Positions 35,207 through 44,629 of a stretch of 64,000 nucleotides of DNA are shown one piece after another (position 1 is the first letter of the stretch; every line of letters begins with the position of its first letter). This DNA comes from an uncultured Polyangiaceae bacterium (lineage in GTDB: Bacteria > Myxococcota_A > Polyangia > Polyangiales > Polyangiaceae). The position numbers were made by a program, and so were the translations under genes. Below the pieces are notes generated by a model. That model worked only from the letters and a program-made list of their open reading frames with translations, was not told the origin of the DNA and did not search any database. The stretch is from contig CAZRGL010000002.1 of NCBI GenBank assembly GCA_964599485.1, positions 2,780 through 66,779 on the forward strand, written 5' to 3'.

Positions 35207-36535
35207 TCAGACCAGAAGGCCCCCTTCGATGACGCCGATGGCGCGCAGATCCCGATACCAATGTTCGACTGGGTGGTCCTTGACGTAGCCGTGGCCACCG
35301 AGCAGCTGCACTCCGTCGGTGCCGATGCCCATGCCCTTGTCGGTGCATTGCAGCCGCGCCAGGAAGGCCTCACGGCGGAAGCTGCGCCCGAGATCAGCGC
35401 GGCTCGCAGCCCGATAAACCATCAGTCGCATGCACTCGAGCTCGATGGCGATGTCCGCGATCATGAAAGCGATTGATTGCCGGTTGGTGATGGGCTCGCC
35501 GAATGCGCCCCGCTCGTTGCAGTAAGGGATGACGTAGTCGAGCACTGCTTGGGCTGTGCCGACGGCCATGGCGCCCCAACCGATGCGGGCGCGATCAATC
35601 ACTGCGCCGAAGTCGAATCCTTCCGCGCCTTCGCCGCCGAGCAGGGCGTCATGAGGAACCTTGACGCCATCGAGTTGCAGTCGACAGAGGCCAGCGCCCC
35701 GCAAACCCATGGCGGGCTCCGGCTCTACAGTCAGTCCTTGGGCATCGCGCTCGACCAAGAACAAGCGCGGCCCCATACCGGCGACCTTGGCGGCGACCAC
35801 GAAGAGCTTGGCGGTCTCGCCGAGGGGCACCATCGACTTCTGACCATGGAGCGACCAGCCGTCGTCGTTGCGGACCGCACCAGCGCCCAGAACGTGGGGA
35901 TCGAAAAGCGGTCGCGGCTCGAGCAAGGCCATCGCGGCCGGCACGAAGCCCTCCTCGACGAAGGCTGGCAAGTAGCGGCTTTGTTGCTCCGCGTTGCCCC
36001 AGTCTACAAGCGCGTGCACTACTGCAAGAGGAGCGAGAGCCGCGAAGGCGAGCCCCATGTCTCCCCTCGACAGCTCTTCGGCAATGAGCACGGTCGAGAC
36101 TGCCGAACGCTCACGGCCCGCCCCACCTAGCGCCTCCGGAACTGCGAGCATGGTGATGCCTAGCTCGTGGATCTGCTCGAGCAGCTCGGCAGGCGGCGCG
36201 CAGGCGGCGTCGGCCGCTTCAGCCGCGGGCCGCAACATCTCCTCGGCGAAGCGCCGCATGCCATCCTGCACCATGGCCTGCTCTTCAGTAGGTTGCAGAT
36301 CGAAGAGCTTTGGCGCCGTCGGTCTTTCGAGACGTTCGGGCTTGTCTGCCGTCGGTCTGGACTTGAAGAACTTTGCCGCCGATTGAGCAGCCGCGAAGCC
36401 GCTCTTGGTGCCCTCGTAGAGCACCTTCTTCGCGACATCCCTCAGCCCGAGGCGATCGATGAGCTCGGAGCCGCCGAAGCGGGTGAGCAAACCCAGCGAA
36501 GCACCCATGATTCGATTGATCGGGGTCTGGTTCAT
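35207..36535 (-). CDS. Acyl-CoA dehydrogenase family protein (second, adjacent)
   Basis: Start at ATG 36535 (MNQTPINRIMG). Motifs: YCNERGAFGEPITNRQSIAFMIADI and LLGGHGYVKDHPVEHWYRDLRAIGVIEG. Confidence 0.8.
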   Translation of the reverse strand: MNQTPINRIMGASLGLLTRFGGSELIDRLGLRDVAKKVLYEGTKSGFAAAQSAAKFFKSRPTADKPERLERPTAPKLFDLQPTEEQAMVQDGMRRFAEEMLRPAAEAADAACAPPAELLEQIHELGITMLAVPEALGGAGRERSAVSTVLIAEELSRGDMGLAFAALAPLAVVHALVDWGNAEQQSRYLPAFVEEGFVPAAMALLEPRPLFDPHVLGAGAVRNDDGWSLHGQKSMVPLGETAKLFVVAAKVAGMGPRLFLVERDAQGLTVEPEPAMGLRGAGLCRLQLDGVKVPHDALLGGEGAEGFDFGAVIDRARIGWGAMAVGTAQAVLDYVIPYCNERGAFGEPITNRQSIAFMIADIAIELECMRLMVYRAASRADLGRSFRREAFLARLQCTDKGMGIGTDGVQLLGGHGYVKDHPVEHWYRDLRAIGVIEGGLLV

Positions 36536-36677
36536 GCTGCCTAGGCATCTACCAGATATGCCGGTCGGTTCCACGCGCAACGCGTGCGGTTTGAAGGCCG
36601 ATAACACACGTAACGTCACTTTGTAGTAAACAGGACAGCGCCCTTCGCAACGACCACCTATCTCGCCACCGAGCACA

Positions 36678-37808
36678 ATGTCACGCAATCTCAGAGTCAT
36701 GGCCGAAGCACGCGTGGGGGAGCGTGTACGCAAGTGGACCCTCGACCGCCTGATTGACGTTGGCGGGATGGCATCGGTCTACGCCGCTACCCATCGCAAC
36801 GGAAACGAGGTCGCCATCAAGGTATTGCATCCGCAATACGCCGAGATGGAAGAGGCCAAGGAGCGCTTCCTGCGTGAAGGATATGCTGCCAACAAAGTCA
36901 AACACCCGAACGTAGTAGCGGTGCTCGATGACGATGAGCTCACTGATGGCACACCGTTCTTGGTGATGGAGCTGCTCGAAGGCCAGCCTCTGGAAACCCG
37001 CCTGCAGCGGCGAGGCGTGTTGCCTCCGCAGGAAGTCCTCTTCATTGCGCACGAGGTGCTCAGCGCGCTGGCCGCTGGCCACGCCGAAGGCATCATCCAC
37101 CGCGACATCAAGCCGCCCAACATTTTTCTCACGGCGCTCGGTGAGGTCAAAGTGCTCGACTACGGCTTGGCGCGCATGCACAGCGGTCCGGATGGAATGT
37201 CGATGACCCGCACGGGCACGGTCATCGGCACGGCGAGCTTCATGGCGCCCGAGCAAGCTCGAGGCAAGAGCAAGCTCATCGATCACCGTGTGGACATCTG
37301 GTCGGTGGGGGCGACCATCTTCCGCGGGTTGACAGGTCGCAACGTGCACACCGAGAGGCATTCGACGGATCTCCTACTGGCAGCCATGACCAATCACGCG
37401 CCCAAGCTCAAGACGCTGCTACCCGAGATCCACGACAACCTCGCGGAGGTGGTCGACAGGGCTTTGGCGTTCCAGAAGACCGATCGTTGGCCGGACGCGG
37501 TCACGATGCAGCAGGCGGTGGCCGCGGTGTACGAAGGCGGTATGGGTCAACCACTGCCTCAGTCACGACAAGCGAGCTCGGCCGCGAGCTGGGCCGCACC
37601 GGTCTCGACGCCAGCGCCTGGCGCGCCGGACCTCGACGACACCCACGTCAGCGTGATGCTCGAAGAGCCGGAGGATGGCGACAGCATCTTCGTGGCAATT
37701 GACGACGGCAGTGGTGCAAGCCAACCCGTCACGCTGCGCAAGAAGGGCTCATCGACTGACGACGAGCTCGAAGAAGTCAGCGTCATCTTCGACGAGGATT
37801 CGGGGTAG
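36678..37808 (+). CDS. Ser/Thr protein kinase (soluble, acidic C-terminus)
   Basis: VAIKVLHP, HRDIKPPNIFL, DYGLAR, APEQ. It is a close paralog of the kinase at 59420-60898 (THRNGNEVAIKVLHP versus THRNGSEVAIKVLHP). Confidence 0.9.
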   Translation: MSRNLRVMAEARVGERVRKWTLDRLIDVGGMASVYAATHRNGNEVAIKVLHPQYAEMEEAKERFLREGYAANKVKHPNVVAVLDDDELTDGTPFLVMELLEGQPLETRLQRRGVLPPQEVLFIAHEVLSALAAGHAEGIIHRDIKPPNIFLTALGEVKVLDYGLARMHSGPDGMSMTRTGTVIGTASFMAPEQARGKSKLIDHRVDIWSVGATIFRGLTGRNVHTERHSTDLLLAAMTNHAPKLKTLLPEIHDNLAEVVDRALAFQKTDRWPDAVTMQQAVAAVYEGGMGQPLPQSRQASSAASWAAPVSTPAPGAPDLDDTHVSVMLEEPEDGDSIFVAIDDGSGASQPVTLRKKGSSTDDELEEVSVIFDEDSG

Positions 37809-37934
37809 CTCCGCACGACTGTTGAACATTGCAAGTCCGGGTGGGCGGGAATCGAAGGCCTTGTTTGTGGCGTCGCTCGCTTCCCAACGCGGTTCTGGAT
37901 TGATCCCCGGCGGGACAGGCCTTAGTCACTCGCA

Positions 37935-38486
37935 ATGGTTGAAGGGTTCAACGCGCGGGCGACACAACAGGGCTACAAGGGCCCAAATCTCGACGAAGAA
38001 GCAACGATCTTCATCCACACCGACAAGTCCATCTACGCTTTGGATCCAGATGGGGTGTGTCGATACGCGATCGGCACCGACGGCTCACCGCTCGAGACAA
38101 TCGACCGCTGTGTGGGTGCTCAATACGTTGCCAGCCTCGATCTGCGGCTTCCCGCAGGCCTCGTCGCCAATCCGAGCGAGGGCTCGCATGCGCTCTTCGT
38201 CGGCCAGGGCGAATCGCAGCGCGCCGCGTTGATCAAAACGCCGCAGATCACCAAGGTCGTGTACGCCGACGAGGACAATGAACAGACCCAGCCCAATGCG
38301 CGGCAGTGGGTCGCCCCCGAAGTGCAGCAGTCCTGGATGCGTTCGACCCGCGTCGGCAGCCCTGCGGTCGTCGACAGCCTCTTGGACGCGAGTGCGAAGG
38401 AGCCAATCTCGTCGCGCCTCGCCCGAATCGCTGCGAACGCGAAGTTGCCGAGCAAGCCTCCTCCGCGGCCGGACGGCGACAGCTAG
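37935..38486 (+). CDS. Hypothetical protein (183 aa)
   Basis: A complete ORF. I recognise no domain. Confidence 0.5.
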   Translation: MVEGFNARATQQGYKGPNLDEEATIFIHTDKSIYALDPDGVCRYAIGTDGSPLETIDRCVGAQYVASLDLRLPAGLVANPSEGSHALFVGQGESQRAALIKTPQITKVVYADEDNEQTQPNARQWVAPEVQQSWMRSTRVGSPAVVDSLLDASAKEPISSRLARIAANAKLPSKPPPRPDGDS

Positions 38487-38571
38487 CAAGGCCGGTTTCG
38501 GGACAAGCAGATCGACTGGGCAGTCGATTGGCCAGCAGAGCGATCGGGAGAACAGGGCATATGGAGGATCG

Positions 38572-41500
38572 ATGAGCGGATCGCAGGGGCGTGAGCAGGA
38601 TCGAAGCACGACACCGAAGGGCAACCGGTCGGGATCCATGCTGGTGGCAGGTTGTGACCTTGGCAAAGCCAGCGCCAAGCTCGTGGTTGCCCAAATGGGA
38701 AGCGATGGCCTGTTGCAGACGGTCTCCTCGGAGGTCGTCTCACATCATGCAGATCCGCTCGGTGTCTTTCAGCAATGGTACCGGCGCGTCGAGGCCCAGA
38801 GATTCGAAGCGGTGGCGGTGACGGGCTTGTACGCCCGCGAGATCGTCGCCCCGGCACTGACTGGCCTGCCGGTGGACGCTTGTCTGGCCGAGGCATTGAA
38901 GCTGCACGATCACTGGCAAGGGCCGATCAACCTGATCAGTATCGGCGCTCAAGGCTACGCGGTGCTGGTTCGAAACAGCGCTGCCGAAATCGAGGTGCTC
39001 GAAAACGAGAAGTGTTCCTCCGGAACGGGCGAGACCATGGTGAAGATCGCCTCGCGCTTCGGGCTATCGATCACCGAGGCGGACGAGCTCGCCCTGCGCG
39101 CAACCGAGTCGATTCCCATCACGGCGCGCTGCTCGGTCTTCGCCAAGAGCGAGATGACGCATTTTGGCAATCAGGGCCGGTCCGCCGATCAGTTGTTCCG
39201 CGGCTACTTTGCTTCGGTGGCCCGCTATGCGGCGGCGCTTCTCTTTCGAAACCGTGTCGCAGGTCCGGTGTTGCTGGTCGGTGGCGGCAGTCGATTGCAG
39301 AGCTTGGTCTCGGCGCTGAGCGAGCTATGCGGCGCCGAGGTCATCGTTCCGCCGGATGCTCAGCTGTGGGAGGCCAAGGGCGCGGCAAGTATTGCGGCTG
39401 GCCGGGTGCGGGCTGGGCGGAGCGTGAGCTTGCCCGATGACCCGGCTGAGCTCATCGTGAGGCAGAAACGGCGCTTCCGTACGATGGCGCCAGCCAAGCA
39501 ATTCGCCAGCCAAGTCACCCGTTTGTCCCCGAGCATCGATGTCGGTGCCAGCGCGCAGCCCGTCGTGTTGGGCCTGGATCTCGGCTCGACTGGAAGCAAG
39601 GCGGTCGTCACCGCCGCTGCCAGCGGCGAGATGCTCTTCGACGTCTACGACCGAACCCGAGGCAACCCGGTCGACGGGGCCAAGCGACTGATCGAGGCTG
39701 TCCTCGGTCGGGGCAAGCCCGACGTGCGTGCTATTGGCGTGACCGGCTCGGGCCGCGAGGCCGTAGCTGCCGTGCTGCGGGCGACTTATCCGCAGCATCA
39801 TGATCGCATCGTCGTGCTCAACGAGATCGTGGCCCACGCCACGGCCGCGATTCGTTGCGACGAAAAGAGCGGCGAGAGTTTGTCTGTGGTGGAAATTGGC
39901 GGACAGGACGCCAAGTTCATCCAAATTGCTGGTGGCCAGATTGTCGCGAGCGACATGAACAAGGCCTGCAGTGCTGGCACAGGCTCGTTCCTCGAAGAGC
40001 AAGCGCACTTCTATGGCGTCGACGACATCAGCGAATACGGCCGCCTCGCTGAGCAAGCTGAAGGCCCGCCGGATCTGGGGCAGATGTGTACGGTGTTTGT
40101 TGCCGAAACAGCGGACCAGGCCGTCAAGGAAGGCATGGCGCTGCCCGACATCTTTGCGGGCTTCCAGTTCTCCGTGATCCACAACTACATCAATCGCGTA
40201 ATGGGTCAGCGCACCTTTGGTGAGCGCATCTTCTTCCAAGGAAAGCCGGCGACCAGTCCGTCGCTGGCTTGGACCTTGGCGGCGGTGACCAAGCGAAAGG
40301 TGATCGTGCCGCACAACCCAGGGGCGATGGGCGCTTGGGGCATTGGGCTCTGCACCATCGATGAGCTCGGCGCCGAGCAGCTGCGGGCTGCCGAGCGCTT
40401 CGATGTGGCTGAGTTGCTTGCGGCCAACGTGGTCGATCGGGGCGAAATCCGTTGCCAAGACGAACGCTGCTCCACGCTCTGCATCATCGAGAAGACCGCC
40501 GTCGCGGTGGGTGAGCAGACCAAGACGGTATTCAGCGGCGGGGCCTGCCCCAAGTTCGAGGAGGCCCAGCGCACCCGGCCGAAACTGCCGCGTGATGCAC
40601 CGAGCGCTTTCGATCAACGGCGGGCGCTGTTGCAGCCCTATTTGGTGCAGCCCTATTTGGTGCAGCCCAATTTGGTGCAGCCCAATCGGGCACCGGGCGA
40701 GGGCAAGCGGGTCGTTGCGGTTCCCCTCGTCGCTGGCATATACCACTATCTTCCCTGGATCGTCACGCTGCTACGGGAGCTAGGGCTGGGCGTGCTCGTG
40801 CCGCGCTCGAATAGTCAGTCGCTGGCCCGCGGCGAGGAGCGCTGCTTCGCCTACGATGCTTGCGCGCCAGCCAAAGTGGCCCATGGCATCGCCGACGTCG
40901 AAGCAGATGTGCTTCTACTGCCCAAGGTGCTCTCAATTGGCGATCGGGAAGGCCCTGGAGGACGTACTTGCGCCGTTGAGCAAGGGCTCGGTGAGATGAT
41001 TGGTCGCTACCTCGAGAGCCGCGGCAGCAAGGTGGAGCTGTTGCAGCCCATCGTGTCACTACAAGCTGGGCTGAGCAGCGGGTGGCTGATGTGGCAGCTC
41101 ACTCGCTTTGCGGAGCAGCTCGGTGTGGGTCGCGCCGCCATGCTGGCTGCGGCCGTTGCTGCGGCCCGGGCGCAGCGCCGCTACGAAGCCGACTTGGCGG
41201 CCATCGGCGAGGAGAGCCTTCGTTATGGCAAGGCACACAATCTGCCGACCGTAGTGGTGTGCGGCGCCCTGCACATGATTCACGACAAGGCCACCAACGC
41301 GCAGATCCCCAGTTTGCTGCGACAAAACGGTGTGCTTGCGCTGCCCATGGATTGCTTGGTGGTGCCGGGCGAGGTGCCCAAGCTGGAGCGAGTGCCCTGG
41401 GGCGATGCCAACCGCGCACTTCGCGTAGGCTTGGCAGCGCGGCAGTGGGGCAACATCTACCCGTTGATGCTGTCCTCGTTTGGCTGCGGGCCGGCGTCTT

Positions 41501-42906
41501 TCGCTGAACAGTTCTTCACCGCCTTGATGGCGGGCCATCCCCATACTTGTCTCGAGAGCGATGCCCACGGAGGTACGGCTGGTTATGTGACGCGGATCCA
41601 GGCGTTTCTGCATGCAGTCGGACGCCACGATGGCCGTCCGTCGGCTCCGGAGGCCGGCGTCCTCGCCGCATGCGAAGTCCAACCACGCCGCAGCATCTTG
41701 CAAGAGCGGCAGTCGCGTATGGTGGCCCTTTCGGTTTCGGAGCGCTTTGGCTCGGTAGCCGCTGCTTTTTACCGTTCCCTGGGCTTCGATGCGGTAGCCG
41801 GCCCGCCCACCAGTCACGAGAGCTTCGCTTGCGGACAGCAGGATTGCTCAGGCAAAGAGTGCTTGGTGTACCAGGCGATCTGGGGCTCGTTCCGCCAGTA
41901 CATCGACGCTTCACTCGATTCCAAACGAACGATCCTGTTGCAGCTGTCTGATGGCGGCCCGTGTCGCAATTGCGTGTTTGCGGTCAAAGATCAGCTCAAC
42001 CTCGAGCGGCTCGGTCTCGGCCAGCAGTTGGGGATCCGGGCACTCAAGACCGAGCCGGAGTACCGCTTCGATTACTTGACGCGGTTTTGGGCGAGCGTGG
42101 TGAGTTGGGACATCCTCTTTCAGCTCGCAGCATACTATCGACCGGTGGAACGAAGCGTTGGCGCCGTGGATAAAACCTTCCACGCCATGTGTGACCGGCT
42201 CGAGGAGCACGTGGCCCGACCGGTGCGCTCGGGTTGGCGCGCGCTGATCGACACCAAGCGTTGGTACGACCGTTTGCTGCAGCTCATCGAGGACGCAGCC
42301 AAAGCCTTCGTGGACGTCAGCATCAGTCGCAGGGCAGACGAGAGCGACACAACCAAGCGGGTGCTCATCAGCGGTGATGTGTATCTGCGGCTCGACGCCT
42401 TCGCCAACGACCGGTTGATACGCCGCCTCAACGAGCGCGGATTGCACGTGCTGGTCGAGCCACTGTCGGTCTTCGGCGAGTACTTCACCACCGAGGAGTC
42501 GGTGGACGTCAAAGGCTTGCACGCTGACGTGTTCGAGGCGCACATCTATCGCTTGGTGCTGCCGCCTCTTCGTCGCCGCCTATATGCGCGGGCGCGACTT
42601 CATGCGCCCTGGATCCCCGAGCCCGAGGTGCCCGACATGCTCGAGCGAGCGCGTCAGGTCATGGACCGCTTTCCCATCAGCGAGGGGCCGATGGTGGTGG
42701 GCGGCGTGCTGCACAACTGGGATCAAGGTAACTGCGACGGCGTCGTTGTCGTCGCCCCTTGGGGCTGCGCGCCTTCGCTTTTGGCTGAAAGCGTGCTGCG
42801 GCACGAAAAGCAGATTCCGTTGTTGTTCTTGTACAGTGACGGCTCGCCGATTGACGACCGGCGCATCGACGCATTTACCTATCGGCTTGGTGCCCACGAC
42901 GGCTAG
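38572..42906 (+). CDS. Large BadF/BadG/BcrA/BcrD-type ATPase (2-hydroxyacyl-CoA dehydratase activase-like, two ATPase modules) fused to dehydratase-component-like domains
   Basis: Start at ATG 38572, preceded by ggagga. The two actin-fold ATPase modules are:
- MLVAGCDLGKASAKLVV...EKCSSGTGETMVKIASRFGL
- VVLGLDLGSTGSKAVVT...NKACSAGTGSFLEEQAHFYGV
The long C-terminal part is typical of the roughly 1400-aa fused 'CoA enzyme activase' proteins. Confidence 0.8.
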   Translation: MSGSQGREQDRSTTPKGNRSGSMLVAGCDLGKASAKLVVAQMGSDGLLQTVSSEVVSHHADPLGVFQQWYRRVEAQRFEAVAVTGLYAREIVAPALTGLPVDACLAEALKLHDHWQGPINLISIGAQGYAVLVRNSAAEIEVLENEKCSSGTGETMVKIASRFGLSITEADELALRATESIPITARCSVFAKSEMTHFGNQGRSADQLFRGYFASVARYAAALLFRNRVAGPVLLVGGGSRLQSLVSALSELCGAEVIVPPDAQLWEAKGAASIAAGRVRAGRSVSLPDDPAELIVRQKRRFRTMAPAKQFASQVTRLSPSIDVGASAQPVVLGLDLGSTGSKAVVTAAASGEMLFDVYDRTRGNPVDGAKRLIEAVLGRGKPDVRAIGVTGSGREAVAAVLRATYPQHHDRIVVLNEIVAHATAAIRCDEKSGESLSVVEIGGQDAKFIQIAGGQIVASDMNKACSAGTGSFLEEQAHFYGVDDISEYGRLAEQAEGPPDLGQMCTVFVAETADQAVKEGMALPDIFAGFQFSVIHNYINRVMGQRTFGERIFFQGKPATSPSLAWTLAAVTKRKVIVPHNPGAMGAWGIGLCTIDELGAEQLRAAERFDVAELLAANVVDRGEIRCQDERCSTLCIIEKTAVAVGEQTKTVFSGGACPKFEEAQRTRPKLPRDAPSAFDQRRALLQPYLVQPYLVQPNLVQPNRAPGEGKRVVAVPLVAGIYHYLPWIVTLLRELGLGVLVPRSNSQSLARGEERCFAYDACAPAKVAHGIADVEADVLLLPKVLSIGDREGPGGRTCAVEQGLGEMIGRYLESRGSKVELLQPIVSLQAGLSSGWLMWQLTRFAEQLGVGRAAMLAAAVAAARAQRRYEADLAAIGEESLRYGKAHNLPTVVVCGALHMIHDKATNAQIPSLLRQNGVLALPMDCLVVPGEVPKLERVPWGDANRALRVGLAARQWGNIYPLMLSSFGCGPASFAEQFFTALMAGHPHTCLESDAHGGTAGYVTRIQAFLHAVGRHDGRPSAPEAGVLAACEVQPRRSILQERQSRMVALSVSERFGSVAAAFYRSLGFDAVAGPPTSHESFACGQQDCSGKECLVYQAIWGSFRQYIDASLDSKRTILLQLSDGGPCRNCVFAVKDQLNLERLGLGQQLGIRALKTEPEYRFDYLTRFWASVVSWDILFQLAAYYRPVERSVGAVDKTFHAMCDRLEEHVARPVRSGWRALIDTKRWYDRLLQLIEDAAKAFVDVSISRRADESDTTKRVLISGDVYLRLDAFANDRLIRRLNERGLHVLVEPLSVFGEYFTTEESVDVKGLHADVFEAHIYRLVLPPLRRRLYARARLHAPWIPEPEVPDMLERARQVMDRFPISEGPMVVGGVLHNWDQGNCDGVVVVAPWGCAPSLLAESVLRHEKQIPLLFLYSDGSPIDDRRIDAFTYRLGAHDG
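40633..40686. repeat. 15-bp in-frame tandem repeat, about 3.6 copies
   Basis: cagccctatttggtg x2, then cagcccaatttggtg, then cagcccaat. These encode QPYLVQPYLVQPNLVQPN inside the activase-like gene. Confidence 0.9.
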
Positions 42907-42912
42907 CCGGCG

Positions 42913-42928
42913 TTCAATACGTATTGAA
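42913..42928. repeat. Perfect 16-bp AT-rich palindrome between convergent genes
   Basis: ttcaatacgtattgaa lies 7 nt after the stop at 42906 and 29 nt before the convergent stop at 42957. Confidence 0.7.
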
Positions 42929-42956
42929 GGGCAGGCAGGGGCACCCCTCCCGCATT

Positions 42957-44435
42957 TCAGTCGAGGGCGCCGTCGGTTGGGGGGCAGTAGGACAGTGACT
43001 TTGGTGGCAGCTTGTCGATCAGCGCGACATCGTCACCATTGAGCCAGGCGCCCAGTGCTTGGTGTAGCGACACCTTCGGCCCGGGGGTGTCAATGGTGGC
43101 GAAGAAGGTGTAGTTCTCGTTGGTCAGGCCAACGTGCTGACCGCATGCTTGGCTGAAGATACCAGGGGTGCGCGTCATCGCAGCCTTCTCTTCGGCCGTG
43201 CTCAATAGCGATGGAACCAGGAGCATCGTTGCTCGGCTCCAAGGGGCGGCATCCTCCATGCTGAGCGCGGGGTTCATCTCGACGACCTTGCCGAGCGACT
43301 TTGGATCCAGCATGTCATGGCGCACGAAGAACGGCGTGGTGATGTGATTGAGTTGCACGTGAGATCCCGAAGCACACTGTTTGGGGTCGTCCTTGTGCGC
43401 GTCCAAGCAGGATTGGTCGTGGAACATGTTCATGGCAGTGCCGGCCTCGTGCCCTGCGGCGAGCATGCTGTCCCATTGTGCGAGAATCGTCGCATCGGTG
43501 ATGGTGCTCACGTCGTGATGAAGCGATGCATCGAGCACGCCATGCAACTTGGTAGAGGGGTCGAGCTTGCCCGCAAGCCAATCGAGGTGGAAGGCCACGC
43601 CAGCCGAGCCTGCCGAAGTGCCACTGAAGATGACCGAGCTCGCCTCGCTCAGCTTCGGGACGGTGACGCTCTTGTCGTCGGACACGACTTCACCCTTGAG
43701 GAGCATGTCGATCGCGGCCTCCATCACAGCATGACCGCGCACGTTGATCCGGAACTTCTTGTCCGGATCGGTGTCGTCGACCATCACGACGTCACCCTTG
43801 TCGCCTCGGTGCTTATCGGAGTTGCAATAGAAAATGAACACGATGTTGGCGTTGCCCAGAGGATTGCTCGGATCGCGCTTCATGATGCCGGCATCGGCGC
43901 GTGATATTGGTCCATAGTTGGTGCTCATCCGGGACGCGTTGTAGCTGGCCGTGAGGCCACACCAGCGGTCGTAGCAACTCTGATAGTCGGAGCACCCGCC
44001 GCCACCCTGCACGTGAAAGAGCCACTTGCTCTCGTTGCCGGCGCCTTCGGATGAGCGGATGAAGATCGCCCCGGGGCTGCCATCGTTGCAAACGGCGTTG
44101 GGGTAGTCTGCGAGTGGAATCAAGACGCGCTTGAGCGGTAAGTCGTTGCCCATCTTGACGTCGGTGGGCTTGCAATCAGGGCCTTTCGGCGCGTCCTGGA
44201 TCATCGGCACATCAGACACGCTTCCTCCGGAGCCGCCCTCGGAGCCGCCGCCTTCGGAGCTACCGCCTTCGGAGCCGCCGCCGGTTGCGCCCGTGGAGCT
44301 GCTGCCCCCGCCAGCGCCTTCCCCCCCAGCTCCGGGCCCGTTCGGCTCAGCGTCACTGCTGCAAGCAGCGAGCAACGATGTTGCTGCAATGAGGATCGCG
44401 CTCGACAACCAACCAGCTCGTTTCTTGGATAGCAT
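42957..44435 (-). CDS. Pectin-acetylesterase/Notum-family lipoprotein
   Basis: Lipobox (TSLLAACSS), then a Gly/Ser/Glu linker. Motifs: CNDGSPGAIFIR, WLFHVQGGGGCSDYQSC, NIVFIFYCNSD, FSGTSAGSAGV. Confidence 0.75.
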   Translation of the reverse strand: MLSKKRAGWLSSAILIAATSLLAACSSDAEPNGPGAGGEGAGGGSSSTGATGGGSEGGSSEGGGSEGGSGGSVSDVPMIQDAPKGPDCKPTDVKMGNDLPLKRVLIPLADYPNAVCNDGSPGAIFIRSSEGAGNESKWLFHVQGGGGCSDYQSCYDRWCGLTASYNASRMSTNYGPISRADAGIMKRDPSNPLGNANIVFIFYCNSDKHRGDKGDVVMVDDTDPDKKFRINVRGHAVMEAAIDMLLKGEVVSDDKSVTVPKLSEASSVIFSGTSAGSAGVAFHLDWLAGKLDPSTKLHGVLDASLHHDVSTITDATILAQWDSMLAAGHEAGTAMNMFHDQSCLDAHKDDPKQCASGSHVQLNHITTPFFVRHDMLDPKSLGKVVEMNPALSMEDAAPWSRATMLLVPSLLSTAEEKAAMTRTPGIFSQACGQHVGLTNENYTFFATIDTPGPKVSLHQALGAWLNGDDVALIDKLPPKSLSYCPPTDGALD

Positions 44436-44629
44436 GCAGCTGTGGTCTGCAAGTGCTGTTCCGCCGCCTGCGCTTCGTCATTTCGGCCGGCTGTGCTCGC
44501 TACCTGTCGAGACCACCAGACAATGTCCAAGAATCTGGACAGTCGCCCCTGTCGAGCTTCCTGGGCAATGAGCTTGCTGAGCAACATGCTCCGGGTTTGG
44601 CGAATCCAACCCGAACGATTCATCCGCTC

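Noticed and set aside
39325-40746. 473-aa minus-strand ORF
   Set aside because: It is antisense to the activase-like gene, whose ATPase motifs are unambiguous.
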